Counted from the stretch's first letter, positions 51,610 through 62,654 are shown. The stretch: DNA of 64,000 nucleotides from an uncultured Solirubrobacterales bacterium (GCA_963738195.1 CAVTVF010000002.1:1926992-1990991); one strand, 5' to 3'. Notes: generated by a model from the sequence alone, not told the origin. Translations and numbers: made by a program.

Positions 51610-52179
51610 TTAAGCCGCGAGGTACGCGCGCCAGGCGGTCGGGATCGTTGGGCTCGAGACCTGGATGAAGACGTGTGGGGCAGGGGTGCGCGGCTGCCGC
51701 TGTAGGTGCATGCCGGCCTGGCGCGGCAGCGAGTTGCCCTTGCGGCGGTTGCACGGAGCGCAGGACGCGACGATGTTCTCCCAGCTCGATGGGCCGCCCT
51801 TGGACCGAGGAACCACGTGGTCGACGGTCAGGTTGGCGCGGGCCCCGCAGTACTGGCACGTCCAGTTGTCGCGCGCGAAGACGGCTCGGCGCGTGATCTT
51901 GCGGCGGTGGGTATCGCGTGGAATGCGCACGTAGGAGACCAGTCGGATGACCACCGGCCGAGCAATCGTCTGCGTCGCGGAGTGAAGCTCCCACTCGGCG
52001 TGCTCGAGCACTTCCGCCTTCTCTTTGAGCAGCAGCACGATCGCGCGCTTCACGGTGCAGACGTTGATCGGCTCGTAGGTGGCGTTGAGCACGAGCACCC
52101 GGCCAACCGCAAGTCCGCGTCGCTGGTGCTCCGGAGGCGACGCGGACCCCGATGGCGCGCTTGGTACCGAGGTGCTCAC
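51610..52179 (-). CDS. HNH endonuclease (McrA-like/HNH_5 type)
   Basis: VLVLNATYEP, RDNWTCQYCG, LTVDHVVPRSKGG, WENIVASCAPCNRRKG; TACACT -10 before GTG 52179. Confidence 0.92.
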   Translation of the reverse strand: MSTSVPSAPSGSASPPEHQRRGLAVGRVLVLNATYEPINVCTVKRAIVLLLKEKAEVLEHAEWELHSATQTIARPVVIRLVSYVRIPRDTHRRKITRRAVFARDNWTCQYCGARANLTVDHVVPRSKGGPSSWENIVASCAPCNRRKGNSLPRQAGMHLQRQPRTPAPHVFIQVSSPTIPTAWRAYLAA

Positions 52180-52327
52180 CGTGGCGCCAGTGTAGCGAGG
52201 CAGGCCCACGGTTCTGCAAGCGCAAATGGGCTGTAAACGTAAGCCCCGCGGGGGATCGGGGGCCCTCACCCACCTGCCTTATTGCCATCTTGGAGGTGCT
52301 CATGGGCCGACGCTGAACGGCCCGAGC

Positions 52328-53185
52328 TCAGTCCCCCGCGTAGGCCGGAAACGAGCCGAGCACGCGCAGCTCCTCGACGTGAGAGCGGACAGCTGCAAGA
52401 GCTTGCGCGACGTGAGGCTCGATCTCGCGGCCCTCGAGATCGACAAAGAACATGTAGCGGCCGAGCCCCTGCTTGCGCGGACGCGACTCGATGCGCGTCA
52501 GGTTGACATCGCGTGCGGATAGCTCAGACAGGCAGCGGACGAGCCATCCCGGCGCCTCGGCGCCAACGCCCCAGAAGACGATCGCTGTCTTCCAAGGACC
52601 GAGTGAGTCGCTGTCGGTTCCGCTCGCCCCGCCGCCATGGCGCGCGAGCCACACGAACCGCGTCTCGTTGCCCGAGACGTCCTCGACCCCGGAGCGGATG
52701 ATCTGGCAGCGGTAGTGCTCAGCGGCCAATCGGTTGCCGAGAGCTGCCCACGGCCCGTCGTGCTCGGCGACCATGCGGACCGCGTCCGCGGTCGAGCTGC
52801 CCACCAGTACGCGGACGCCTGGAAGCCGCGAGCGCAGGAAGCGGGCGCACTGAGCGGTGGCCTGGGGATGCGAGATGACCACCTCGATGTCGGCCGGCTC
52901 GAGCGCTGAGCGCGCGATCAGGCAGTGATGGATCGAGTGGACAACCTCACCGACGATCGACACGTCGTCCGTCTCCATCGCGAGTGCGTCGAGGGTTGCG
53001 TTGACCGATCCCTCGAGCGAGTTTTCAATTGGCACAAGCGCTCGCTCGACCGTGCCATCGTGGACGGCCATGACGGTGTCGTAGATGGTCGGAAGTGCGA
53101 CCAGACGGAGTCCGGAGTTCCGCGTCGAGGCCAACAGCGCCTCATGGGTGAAGGTGCCCTCGGGGCCGAGGTAACCGGTGAGCAC
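52328..53185 (-). CDS. pheA: Prephenate dehydratase
   Basis: YLGPEGTFT, PIENSLEG, SHPQA, NETRF, NLTRIESRP, LGSFP. Confidence 0.95.
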   Translation of the reverse strand: MLTGYLGPEGTFTHEALLASTRNSGLRLVALPTIYDTVMAVHDGTVERALVPIENSLEGSVNATLDALAMETDDVSIVGEVVHSIHHCLIARSALEPADIEVVISHPQATAQCARFLRSRLPGVRVLVGSSTADAVRMVAEHDGPWAALGNRLAAEHYRCQIIRSGVEDVSGNETRFVWLARHGGGASGTDSDSLGPWKTAIVFWGVGAEAPGWLVRCLSELSARDVNLTRIESRPRKQGLGRYMFFVDLEGREIEPHVAQALAAVRSHVEELRVLGSFPAYAGD

Positions 53186-53217
53186 GGTCGAGCGAAGCGC
53201 TTGGCTGCGGGAAAGGG

Positions 53218-53754
53218 TTAGGCCGTCCGCGACTGCTCAGAGGTGGAGCCGAGCGCCTGGTCGATGGCCGAGTTCTCCTCCGGAGAGAGATCGTGCTCCG
53301 GCCTGCCCTGGCGGATCTGCTGCGCATACAGGCGGGCCTGATCGCGGTGATGGATGGAGGAGAGCACCAGCCCCGATCCCGTCGCGTCGAGCAGCGCTAT
53401 CGAGGTCGACTGGCGGCCCGACATCTCGCCGTACGCGTCGTAGCGGACCAACGATCGGTGTGCGATCGCTCCGTCGAGGCGGCCCTCCGCCGTCGCCATG
53501 CGCGCATCGAGCGCCGCCGCGGCGTCCTCCACGTAGCGCTGGAGCGCAGCGAAGTTGTCCTGCAGCTCCGCTGCGTGACTGACCAGATCCTGGCGGCGAT
53601 CGCCGAGCACCAATCGCTGCTCGGCCCGCACCCGGCGCAGCCGCAGCGCCAGCGCGGCGCACAAGAGCAGGGCCAACACCGCCACCGCGCCAGCTGCTAC
53701 CGCGACGATCCCCGTGGTCGTGCCGAGGATCCCGCTGGAGGCGATCAGGACCAT
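53218..53754 (-). CDS. DUF4446 family membrane-anchored protein
   Basis: N-terminal TM, coiled coil, LVRYDAY.EMSG.QS.SIALLD..G.G, LSPEE. Confidence 0.8.
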   Translation of the reverse strand: MVLIASSGILGTTTGIVAVAAGAVAVLALLLCAALALRLRRVRAEQRLVLGDRRQDLVSHAAELQDNFAALQRYVEDAAAALDARMATAEGRLDGAIAHRSLVRYDAYGEMSGRQSTSIALLDATGSGLVLSSIHHRDQARLYAQQIRQGRPEHDLSPEENSAIDQALGSTSEQSRTA

Positions 53755-53809
53755 ATTTAGAGGATATGCGCAGGGATCGGAGGCTGCTGCGCGGGAGCGG
53801 TCGGCCGGG

Positions 53810-53890
53810 TTTCCTCGGTGCTCAGCGGCCGCGCCTTCCGCAATTTCCTCGGCGCTCAGCGGCCGCGCCTTCCTGGCGCTGAGCGGCGGC
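53810..53890. repeat. 30-bp direct repeat x2 (34-bp period) plus an inverted core
   Basis: TTTCCTCGG(T/C)GCTCAGCGGCCGCGCCTTCC at 53810-53839 and 53844-53873, followed by GCTGAGCG, the reverse complement of the core. Confidence 0.88.
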
Positions 53891-53904
53891 GACAGCCCCC
53901 GCTC

Positions 53905-55017
53905 TCAGTGGAAAGTGACCGGGAAGGTGAGCGTGTTGTGGGTCAGTACGGTCTCGCCTGGCACCCGCTCCACCATCGCCTTCACGGTGAAGTTCCCACT
54001 CGGCGGTGGGGACGAAAGCGTCACCTGGGCCGTGTAGGTGTGCCCTGGCACTGTCTGCGGGACGACCGCCTGACCGCTGACCGACGTTCCTTCGACGCTC
54101 ACCTTCACGACAACGTCCGTCTCGGTGTCGGTGCCGTCATTCGCGAAGGTGCAGGAGAAGGTGGCGGGTGGGCTGATGGGAAGCGTGTTGGTCGCCACCG
54201 TCGACAGCACCGTGCCGCTGACGCTCACCGACACCATTCGGTGTCCGTGAATGCCGGGTGCGGGCTTCTTGTTCTTCGTCGTCGTTGTAGTTGCCACGCC
54301 TCCCAGGCGCGCGGCGATGTAGCTCTCGGTGAGCCACTCCGGGCCGGGGACGAAGTTGCCATGGCTGATCGGCTGGCCGTTGGCGCCACCGACTGGGATC
54401 GAAGCGCTTTGCAGCGCGCTGACGACCTCCGGTGCGACGTAATCGTTGTAGAGCACGTCCGAGGCATAGAGACGAGAGATCTGGCCGGCGATCGTCGCCA
54501 CCGCCCCACCTGCGGTGGCCCGGCTGAGGGCGGGCTGGATCTGCAGGGCTATGGTCGAGATCGCGTCGCGTCGCATTCTCAGCACCAGCAGGAGATTGTG
54601 CTGGGCGGTCTCGACCTGGCTGGGGACGTTCAGCCCACCGGCCTGGCGCAGTTGTGCGTCCGCCTGGGCCTTGGTCTGGTCGATCTGGGTTTGCACCCCT
54701 GTCTGGTTCGTCGAACCGCTGGCACCGGAGAGCTCCGAGAACAGGGCACGGCCGGTTTGGTTGGAGCGCTGGATGAGCGAGGCGACGCTGTTGTCGTAGT
54801 CGCGCAGGGCACTGTTGCGCGCGGATACTTGGCAGCTGTGGACGCCGACCACGATCAGGATCAGGGCCACCAGCACCACGACCACCAGAACCGTGCGGCG
54901 GACGAGGAATCTGCGGTCAGCTGCTCGGGGGGGCGGCCGACGGCCACCCGATGACCGCCTCGCTGCGCCGGCGGACCGTGTCGGCGCGCTGTCCTCTATG
55001 TCGTCGAAGAACGACAC
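53905..55017 (-). CDS. Membrane-anchored hypothetical protein with helical region and C-terminal Ig/CARDB-like domain
   Basis: Single TM after an Arg-rich N-terminus; Thr-rich linker; beta-rich C-terminal (FANDG...VPGE...N). Confidence 0.65.
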   Translation of the reverse strand: MSFFDDIEDSAPTRSAGAARRSSGGRRPPPRAADRRFLVRRTVLVVVVLVALILIVVGVHSCQVSARNSALRDYDNSVASLIQRSNQTGRALFSELSGASGSTNQTGVQTQIDQTKAQADAQLRQAGGLNVPSQVETAQHNLLLVLRMRRDAISTIALQIQPALSRATAGGAVATIAGQISRLYASDVLYNDYVAPEVVSALQSASIPVGGANGQPISHGNFVPGPEWLTESYIAARLGGVATTTTTKNKKPAPGIHGHRMVSVSVSGTVLSTVATNTLPISPPATFSCTFANDGTDTETDVVVKVSVEGTSVSGQAVVPQTVPGHTYTAQVTLSSPPPSGNFTVKAMVERVPGETVLTHNTLTFPVTFH

Positions 55018-55184
55018 GATGGCTGCGCGTAAGGGGCGACCACGAGCATCCAGTATGACCGCAGCCCCGGCTGGACGCGAGCACGAGTCAGAAGGCTGGG
55101 AGGACCATTGCGAGCGGGTGCCGGAACGCCTTCAGAAAGGCCGTCTGCGCAGGGACGAACGCCGACGCGTGGAACAGTCAACTC

Positions 55185-57176
55185 ATGCGTTCGGCCCAGC
55201 TGTCAAGGGACCATGGCCGCACCCGAGCGACGCGTGATCTGGGTGCGAAGCCAGGGCCGAAACGGTCATCAGCCTTCGGCTCCGATGGGGTCGTGCTCGG
55301 TCGCTATCGCTTGAACGCGCCGCTCGGCACGGGTGCGTTCGCGAGCGTCTGGTCAGCCGTTGACGAGCGGCTCGAACGTGAGGTCGCGGTCAAGATCATC
55401 CCCCAGCGGCGCGTCATGGGCGCGCGCTTTGAGCGTGAGGCGCGCGCGGCCGCGCGACTCTCACACCCTGCGATCGTGACCCTGTACGAGGCGGTCGCCG
55501 AGGGGGATGTGGCCTATCTGGTCTCGGAGCTCGTTCGCGGTCTCACGCTCGAGGAGGCACTCGAGGCCGGCCACCTGTCGGATCGAGAGATCGTGACGAT
55601 CGGCGCGGCGCTGTGCGATGCGCTGGCTTATGCCCACGGGGCGGGAATCATCCACCGCGATGTCAAGCCGTCGAACATCCTCGTGCCGACAAACCCGCCC
55701 AGTGCAACTCCGCCGGCGAAGCTGACCGATTTTGGCGTCGCTCACGCCATCGGCGGCGACTCGCTCACGCACACTGGGGACGTCATCGGCACCGCCGCTT
55801 ACATGGCGCCCGAGCAAGCAGCCGGCAGGCAGGCCCGGGCGGCCGCCGACCTCTATTCGCTCGCCCTCGTCCTGTATGAGGGGCTGGCCGGCATCAATCC
55901 TCTGGCGAGCGTCGGCGCGTCGCAGCGAGCCACCCGCCTCGGCCTGTACCTGCCGCCGCTGCGCCGGCAGCGGCGCGAATTGCCGCGCGAGCTCGGCTGC
56001 GCGATCGACCAGGCGCTTCGTCCACGCCCCGGGGAACGCGGGACCCTGTCCGATTTGTGCGCCGGCCTCGAGTCCTCGCTACCGGAGATGGCCGATGAGA
56101 AGGGGGTCGTGGCGGGGCCCTGGCGACCCCGACGCTCCTGGCGGTCCAGCGCGGAGCCCGATGGCTTTGGCGCCGGCTGGGAGCCTGATACGCGAGACGC
56201 GCGCACTCGGGCGACCGAGCACCGCGCCCGCACCGCCGTGGACGAGCGGCGATATGGAGCTAAGAACCTCACGCGCTCAAGGCTCCGAGATCGCTCCACT
56301 TCTCAACCGGCAGACTCACCCCCCGCCGCCTCCCGACAGCGGCCGGGGGCGGACTTGCCCCCACTGCCGCAGCGGGCCGTGGCGGCCGCGCTCGGGGCCA
56401 TCCTCACCGGCTGGCTGGCCGCGCATGTGCTGGCGCCGGCACCGCTCGCTCCGGCGGCCGCGGCGCTCGCCGCCGCGGCCGTGTTGCTTGCGCTGCCGCG
56501 GCTCGGCTTCGTGTTCATCGCTCTTGCTCTCGCACTTATCGCGGGCGTGCAGGGGCACGGCGGCGAGGCACTTGTGATCGGTATCTGTGCGCTCGTGCCG
56601 ATTGCGGTCAACCCCCGCGGGGACCCGCCATGGCCGCTGGCGGGCGGCGCGCCGCTACTCGGTGCCGTGGGGCTGGCCGGTTGCTGGCCTGCGCTGGCCG
56701 CTCGCGCAGGCTCTATCTGGGGGCGAGCCACGCTTGGCATCGTCGGCTGGGTGTGGGTGGCGCTCGCCGGTCCGCTGGTCGGCGGCCAGGCGTATGTCGC
56801 GCTGCCCTCCGGAGCGCCGCCGCTCGACCTCTGGGGCTCCTCCTCCTCCGATGCCCTTCACCACGTGCTGGGCGTCGCCATTAGCTCCGGAGCGCTGGCC
56901 CCGGCACTGGTGTGGGCGCTTGCTGCCGTCGCGCTGCCGAAGGTGGTCACCAACCGCTCGCTGCTCCTGGACGTGACGCGCGTTGCGGTGTGGACCGGGA
57001 TGCTTGTCGTCTTTACAGCACTCGCGATCTCCCTCACCGGCTCGCCTGGCGCGCACGCGACCCTTCACAATGTGATCCTCGGCGCCGTTGGAGCTGCGCT
57101 AGTTGCGATCGCGCCGACCGCGATCGCGGCGTTGCGCGACCGACTTGCCGGGTACCCAGAGGCCGGACTTCCGTAG
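55185..57176 (+). CDS. Hanks-type Ser/Thr protein kinase with a multi-TM C-terminus
   Basis: GTGAFASV, VAVK, HRDVKPSN, DFG, GTAAYMAPE, DLYSL; about eight hydrophobic helices at the C-terminus. Start uncertain. Confidence 0.9.
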   Translation: MRSAQLSRDHGRTRATRDLGAKPGPKRSSAFGSDGVVLGRYRLNAPLGTGAFASVWSAVDERLEREVAVKIIPQRRVMGARFEREARAAARLSHPAIVTLYEAVAEGDVAYLVSELVRGLTLEEALEAGHLSDREIVTIGAALCDALAYAHGAGIIHRDVKPSNILVPTNPPSATPPAKLTDFGVAHAIGGDSLTHTGDVIGTAAYMAPEQAAGRQARAAADLYSLALVLYEGLAGINPLASVGASQRATRLGLYLPPLRRQRRELPRELGCAIDQALRPRPGERGTLSDLCAGLESSLPEMADEKGVVAGPWRPRRSWRSSAEPDGFGAGWEPDTRDARTRATEHRARTAVDERRYGAKNLTRSRLRDRSTSQPADSPPAASRQRPGADLPPLPQRAVAAALGAILTGWLAAHVLAPAPLAPAAAALAAAAVLLALPRLGFVFIALALALIAGVQGHGGEALVIGICALVPIAVNPRGDPPWPLAGGAPLLGAVGLAGCWPALAARAGSIWGRATLGIVGWVWVALAGPLVGGQAYVALPSGAPPLDLWGSSSSDALHHVLGVAISSGALAPALVWALAAVALPKVVTNRSLLLDVTRVAVWTGMLVVFTALAISLTGSPGAHATLHNVILGAVGAALVAIAPTAIAALRDRLAGYPEAGLP

Positions 57177-57217
57177 CATCATCATTGCTTTTAGCCGCGT
57201 CGACCGAACCGCCCACA

Positions 57218-58110
57218 TGAGCTTTCTCCGCAACCTCGAAAGCCGGATCTCCCACCTCGTTGAGGGCACCTTCAGCCGCGTCTTCTCATCCGAGGTACGG
57301 CCGATTGAGATAGCGCGCAAGCTGGCGCGCGAGATGGAAGAGCACAAGTCGTTCTCGGTTTCGCGCACGTACGTCCCCAACGAGTACAGCGTCTTTCTCT
57401 CGCCTCGGGACCGCGCGCGCCTGGCGGAGTACGAGGACGCCCTGATCGGCGAGCTCTCCGGCTATCTGCTCGAGCACGCGCGCCGAGAGCGGCTGGCGAT
57501 GGTGGCGCGACCAGCGATCGAGTTTCAGACCGATGAGCGACTGCGGCTGGGCGAATTCGGCATCCAGACTCGGGTCACGCAGCCCGAGTCCGAGTCCGAG
57601 TTCGAGCCTGAGCCCGAGCACGAGTTCGAGCCCGAACGCGGCCGGCCGGCCCCTCGGCCCCTATCGGACCTTCCCGCCGCGGAGGAGCCTTTCTTGCCGG
57701 GTCCTGCAGCCGAACCACCTCCTGCCCCCGCGCGGGCGCCTGTGGCACAGCCGAGCGGCGGTCGCACAATGGTGTACGGCGGTGCCGATCGAATCTCGGA
57801 GCCGCTGCAGGAGACCGCTCGCTCGCGCCACGAAACCGCCGTCCTACTGGTTGAGGGCAAGCGCATGGTGGTGGGCGCGGACGGCGTCACGCTCGGTCGC
57901 AGCCGCCAGTGCGAGATCGTGCTCGAGGATCCGAATGTGTCCCGGCGCCACGCCGAGCTCCGGCCGCGCGGCGGGTCGTGGGTGCTCACCGACCTTGGTT
58001 CGACAAACGGCTCGCGCGTCAACGGCAGAACCGTGTCTGGCCCGACTGTCGTCAAGTCCGGAGACGAGCTCGAGCTGGGTACCGCGGTGATGACGTTCGA
58101 GCTGTCCTAG
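57218..58110 (+). CDS. fhaA: FhaA (DUF3662 plus FHA)
   Basis: EVRPIEIARKLAREM, VPNEY, GRS...D.NVSRRHA, DLGSTNG. Confidence 0.93.
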
Positions 58111-58131
58111 CCGACACTAGCCTCGAGCGCG

Positions 58132-58626
58132 ATGCTCCAGCCCGTATCGGTCGGTTTGAAGTTTGCGTTCCTGGCCGTCCTCTATCTGTTCCTGCTCTGG
58201 GTGGCCTGGAGCGCGTTTCGCGACCTTCGCCGCGGCCGTGGTGGCGCAGCCTCTGAGCAGCCGCAGGTGCCAAGCGACGCCACCAGCATGCACGCCGCGG
58301 CTGACGCGCTGGTCGACGCTCCGATCGACGGAGCGGATCCCCGCCTGACGGTGACGCGCGCGCCGGGCCACCGAGCCGGTGAGGCTTATGAGATTCCCAC
58401 CCGCGGCGCTACTCTCGGGCGCGGGGAGGTCGAGATCCGGCTCGACGACCCCTTTGCATCCTCGCGCCACGCGCGCATCTTCAGGGAGGGACCAGTGGTC
58501 GTTATCGAGGACCTCGGATCGACGAACGGCACCTACCTCAACGACGAGCTTCTCACCGGGCCTCAGCCGCTACACGACGGTGACCGCATCCGCATCGGCG
58601 ACTGCGAGTTTTCCTACCTACAGTGA
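58132..58626 (+). CDS. fhaB: FhaB/FipA membrane-anchored FHA protein
   Basis: N-terminal TM, GR...DPFASSRHA, DLGSTNGT. Confidence 0.92.
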   Translation: MLQPVSVGLKFAFLAVLYLFLLWVAWSAFRDLRRGRGGAASEQPQVPSDATSMHAAADALVDAPIDGADPRLTVTRAPGHRAGEAYEIPTRGATLGRGEVEIRLDDPFASSRHARIFREGPVVVIEDLGSTNGTYLNDELLTGPQPLHDGDRIRIGDCEFSYLQ

Positions 58627-58632
58627 GCGACC

Positions 58633-59875
58633 ATGCTGCGGGCAGCCGACACGATCGCCAAGACAGACACGGGCCGCCAGCGCCGCGGCAACGAGGATTG
58701 CTCATTCGCCCGCCCGCCGGTGTTCGTGGTCGCCGACGGGATGGGTGGAGCGCAGGCGGGCGAGGTAGCCGCGAGGATCGCGGTCGAGGCATTCAAGGAC
58801 GGTCTGTCCGGGCCGGGAACGAACGAGGAGCGCCTCGCGAGCCGCGCGCGGCAGGCAAACCAGGAGATCTTCGACCTGGCCGCCAAGGACCACGACCGCG
58901 CGGGCATGGGCACCACGCTGACCGCCGCCTATCTAGACGGCTCAGAGCTCGCGCTCGCCCATGTCGGCGACAGCCGCGCCTATCTCTTCCGCGACGGCGC
59001 GCTGACCCGGCTCACGCAGGACCACTCGCTCGTCGACGAACTGGTCCGTCGCGGCAAGCTTTCGGAAGAGGAAGCCGCCGAGCACCCCCAGCGGTCGATC
59101 ATCACCCGCGCGCTGGGACCGGAGCCGACAGTCGAGGTCGACACCTTCAGCTATCCGGTACGCGCGGGAGACGTCCTGCTGCTGTGCAGCGACGGCCTCA
59201 CCTCGATGGTTCCCGAGGAACGGGTCGAGCAGATCCTGGCTCGCGGCGGCCGGCTCGCGGAGGCGGCTCAAGGGCTGATAGACGCGGCCAACCGAGCCGG
59301 CGGCCGCGACAACATCACGGTGGTCCTGTTCCGGCTCGAAGACGTCGAGGCCGGCTCCGACGGCGATGACGCGGACCTGGCTCCCGCCGCCGCGGCTGAG
59401 GCGACGGCCGCCGATGAGAATCCGACGCTCGTCGGAGCGCCGGCGACCGAGCCCGCGAGCGCGACGGCGACCACACCCCGGCGGGCGAGCAGCACCAAGT
59501 TGTCCGCGACGACCGCCGAGCAGGCTCCTCCCGCACGGGGTTCGCCGCGCCGAAGACGGCGCCGGTTCTCCAAGCCGCTGGCCGCCCTGCTGGCCGTGGT
59601 GATCGTGCTCTGCCTGATCCTGGCCGGCGGCTACCTCGCGACTCGCCAGCTGTACTTCATCGGCACCAACGCCCAAGGGGTCGTGACGATCTACCGCGGG
59701 CTGCCGTACGAGATAGCTGGGATCGATCTCTTCGAGACCTTCTATGTGTCGGGCACGCCGGCGACGGTGATACCGGCCGACCGGCGCACTGCCGTACTCA
59801 ACAACATCGCTGCGCTCCGAATCGAGCGCCGCCAACATCGTGCGCGGGCTCGAGCTCGGCCAGATCACCAAATGA
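58633..59875 (+). CDS. pstP: PP2C Ser/Thr phosphatase PstP/Stp1, apparent frameshift near 59805
   Basis: R.GNED, VADGMGG, GMGTT, HVGDSR, LCSDGL, GGRDNIT, TM; the shifted frame ends at a TGA overlapping the rodA ATG. Confidence 0.92.
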
Positions 59876-61202
59876 GAGCCCGCAACCGCGAACTGCTGGG
59901 GCTGGTGCCGGCGTCGCTGCTCGTGACCGCCGGCTTCACCGCCGTGTTCATCCAGCGCTCAGAACGCCGTCTCGAACATCTCGTTGATCTACGGCGCAGT
60001 GTTTCTCGGCCTGTGCGTCGCCGGCCACATCTTCATCCGCCGGCTGCTGCCGAACGCGGATCCATACCTCTTCCCGCTGGTCGCCGTGCTGGCCAGCTTC
60101 GGGATCGTGATGGTCTACCGAATCGACCCCAGTCAGGCGCGACTTCAGGCCCAATGGTTCGTGATCGGTCTGATCCTGTTCGCTGGCCACGATCATGTGG
60201 CTGCGCGACTACCGCAAGCTCGAGCGCTACCGGTACGTGATCATGGCCGGGTCACTGCTGCTGCTCGTGCTGCCGCGGCTGCCCGTCCTCGGCTACCAGG
60301 CCAACGGCGCTTACCTCGGCGTTCGCATCCCGGGCCTGTTCGTCTTTCAGCCGGAGGAGTTCGCCAAGATCGGGCTCGTCATCTTCCTCGCCAGCTACCT
60401 GCGCGATACGCGACAGGTGCTCGTCACGGGGCGCGGCGGATCCTCGGCGTGACGATCCCGCCGCTGAAGCATTTCGGCCCGGTGCTCGTGATCTGGGGGA
60501 TCGCGATGCTGATCCTGATCCTGCTGCATGACATCGGGTCCTCGCTGATGTTCTACGGCGGGCTGCTGACGATCCTGTACGTGGCGACCAACCGGATCTC
60601 GTTCGTGGTCATCGGCTTGATCGCGTTCGCCCTCGGCGCCTGGTACCTCGGCACGCATATCGCGCACGTGCACGCGCGCGTCGAGGACTGGCTACACCCG
60701 TTCGACCCGCGCCTCTACCACGCGCCCCTCGGCAGCTACCAGATCGCCAACGGCATCTTCGCCCAGGCAGCCGGCGAGGAATGTTCGGCCAGGGCTTCGG
60801 GCAGGCGACGCTGATCGATTCCTGGCACGCACCCGGTGCCGCTGCTGCCGGCCCCGCAGACCGACATGATCTACGCCGTTATCACCGACGAGCTCGGGCC
60901 TGTTCGGCGCCGCAGCCGTGCTGCTGGTCTACCTGCTGGTCGTCTGGCGTGGGTTCAAGACCGCGATGCTGGCGCGAGACTCCTTCTCGACCCTGATGGT
61001 CGCGGGCCTGACCGCGATGCTCGCACTGCAGGTGTTCGTGATCGTGGGCGGGGTCACGCGCGTGATTCCGCTCACGGGCGTGACGCTCCCCTTCATCTCC
61101 TACGGGGGGAGCTCGATCATCGCCAACTTCGTGCTGGTCGCGCTCGTGCTGCTCGTCTCCGATCGCGCCCGCTCGGCGCTCGGATCGGTGGGACGAAGAT
61201 GA
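59872..61202 (+). CDS. rodA: FtsW/RodA/SpoVE family protein, several apparent frameshifts
   Basis: Pieces across ORFs 59984, 60195, 60781, 60836 and 60918: ADPYL, FQPEEFAK, HDIGS, YQIA, TDMI, IPLTGVTLPFISYGGSS. Confidence 0.9.
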
Positions 61203-62632
61203 ATCAGCCGATCCTGCGCATCTTCGGGCTGTTCGTCGTGCCTGTTCGCGCTGCTGCTGGTGTGGACGACGCGGTGGACAGTGATCGACGCGCAGAAGCT
61301 CGCCAACAACCCCCTCAACGTCCGCACGTTGATCGACCGAGCTCAAGATCAAGCGGGGCCGGATCGTCGCCGACGACGGCACGGTGCTCGCGAAGTCCGT
61401 CCCAGCCGGGGGAGGGATCTGGCGGCGCCACTACCCGACCGGGCCGCTGTTCGCCCAGGTCGGTGGGGTACTCGACGAGGCCGCATTGGGAGACACCGCG
61501 GGCCTCGAACGGCTACCGCGCCTCCGCGCTCAGGGGCCTTCAGACCGGCCTGTCGGCGATCTTCGGGCCGCTGGGCGGCTCGCCGCGCGTGGGCGACGAC
61601 GTCTACACATCGCTGGACCCGAAGGCGCAGCGGGTAGCGGTGGCCGGACTGGCAGGCCGGGTGGGCTCGGTCGTCGCGCTCGACCCGCGCACGGGCGCGG
61701 TCAAGGTGATGTACTCGAACCCCACCTATAACGACAACACGACCGCACGCGACGGGCCCAGGCATCTCCACCTTCAACCGCGCCACCCAGGCCCACTATC
61801 CGCCTGGTTCGACCTTCAAGGTCGTCACCGCCACAGCCGCGATCAACAGCGGCAGGTACACGCCGAACTCGGTGGTCAACGGCAACTCGCCCAAGCTCAT
61901 CTCGGGCGTGCCGCTGTCGAACGACCTCAACCAGAGCTTCGGCGACGATCGACCTGACGACGGCTCTGACCTACTCGGTCAACACCGTATGGGCGCAGGT
62001 GGCGGAGGCCGTCGGCCGCCGGACGATGACCAAGTACATGCAGCAGTTCGGCTTCTATTCCAAGCCGCCGCTCGACTACCCCTCCGGCCAGATCGGCGTC
62101 AGCCGCCCCTACAGCCCGAGCGGAACTCCCTATCCGCCCGCGAGTCCCAACGAGGACATCGGCCGCATCGGCATCGGCCAGGGCGGACTCGATGGTGACG
62201 CCGCTGCAGATGGCGATGGTCGCCGCGGCGGTCGCAAACGGCGGCAAGCTGATGGCGCCCGCACTTCACCACCCGCGTCGTCGATCCCTCCGGCGTCACG
62301 GTCCAGTCGATCCAGCCGAGCGTCTACCGGCAGGTGATGAAGGCCGGCGTCGCCGCCCAGATCACGCAGATGATGCGCCGCGTGGTCGAGGAAGGCACCG
62401 GCACGCCCGCTCAGCTCGGCGGGATCAGCGTCGCGGGCAAGACCGGCACGGCGTCGGTAGGCCCTGCCGGAGCTGGGCTGACCAGCCGTGGTTCATCGGC
62501 TTCGCCCCGGTTGGCGACCCGAAGGTGGCGGTGGCTGTGACGATCGAGCGCACGCAGGGAGGCTTCGGCGGCTCGGTCGCCGCGCCGATCGCCAAGGCGG
62601 TGATTCAGACGTTGCTCGCGGAGGGTCAGTGA
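61199..62632 (+). CDS. pbpA: Class B penicillin-binding protein PbpA, several apparent frameshifts
   Basis: Pieces: VVALDPRTGAV, PPGSTFK (SxxK, read across a shift), SVN, GIGQG, TPLQMAMV, AGKTGTA, WFIGFAP. Confidence 0.88.
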
Positions 62633-62654
62633 CAGCCAAACGGAGGCCTCGCTC

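Noticed and set aside
53810-53890. Possible mini-CRISPR
   Set aside because: Only two copies separated by 4 bp; no spacer-length sequence.
58633-60240. PstP-RodA fusion suggested by the 535-aa ORF
   Set aside because: A frameshift near 59805 explains it; the shifted frame ends at an ATGA overlap with the rodA start.
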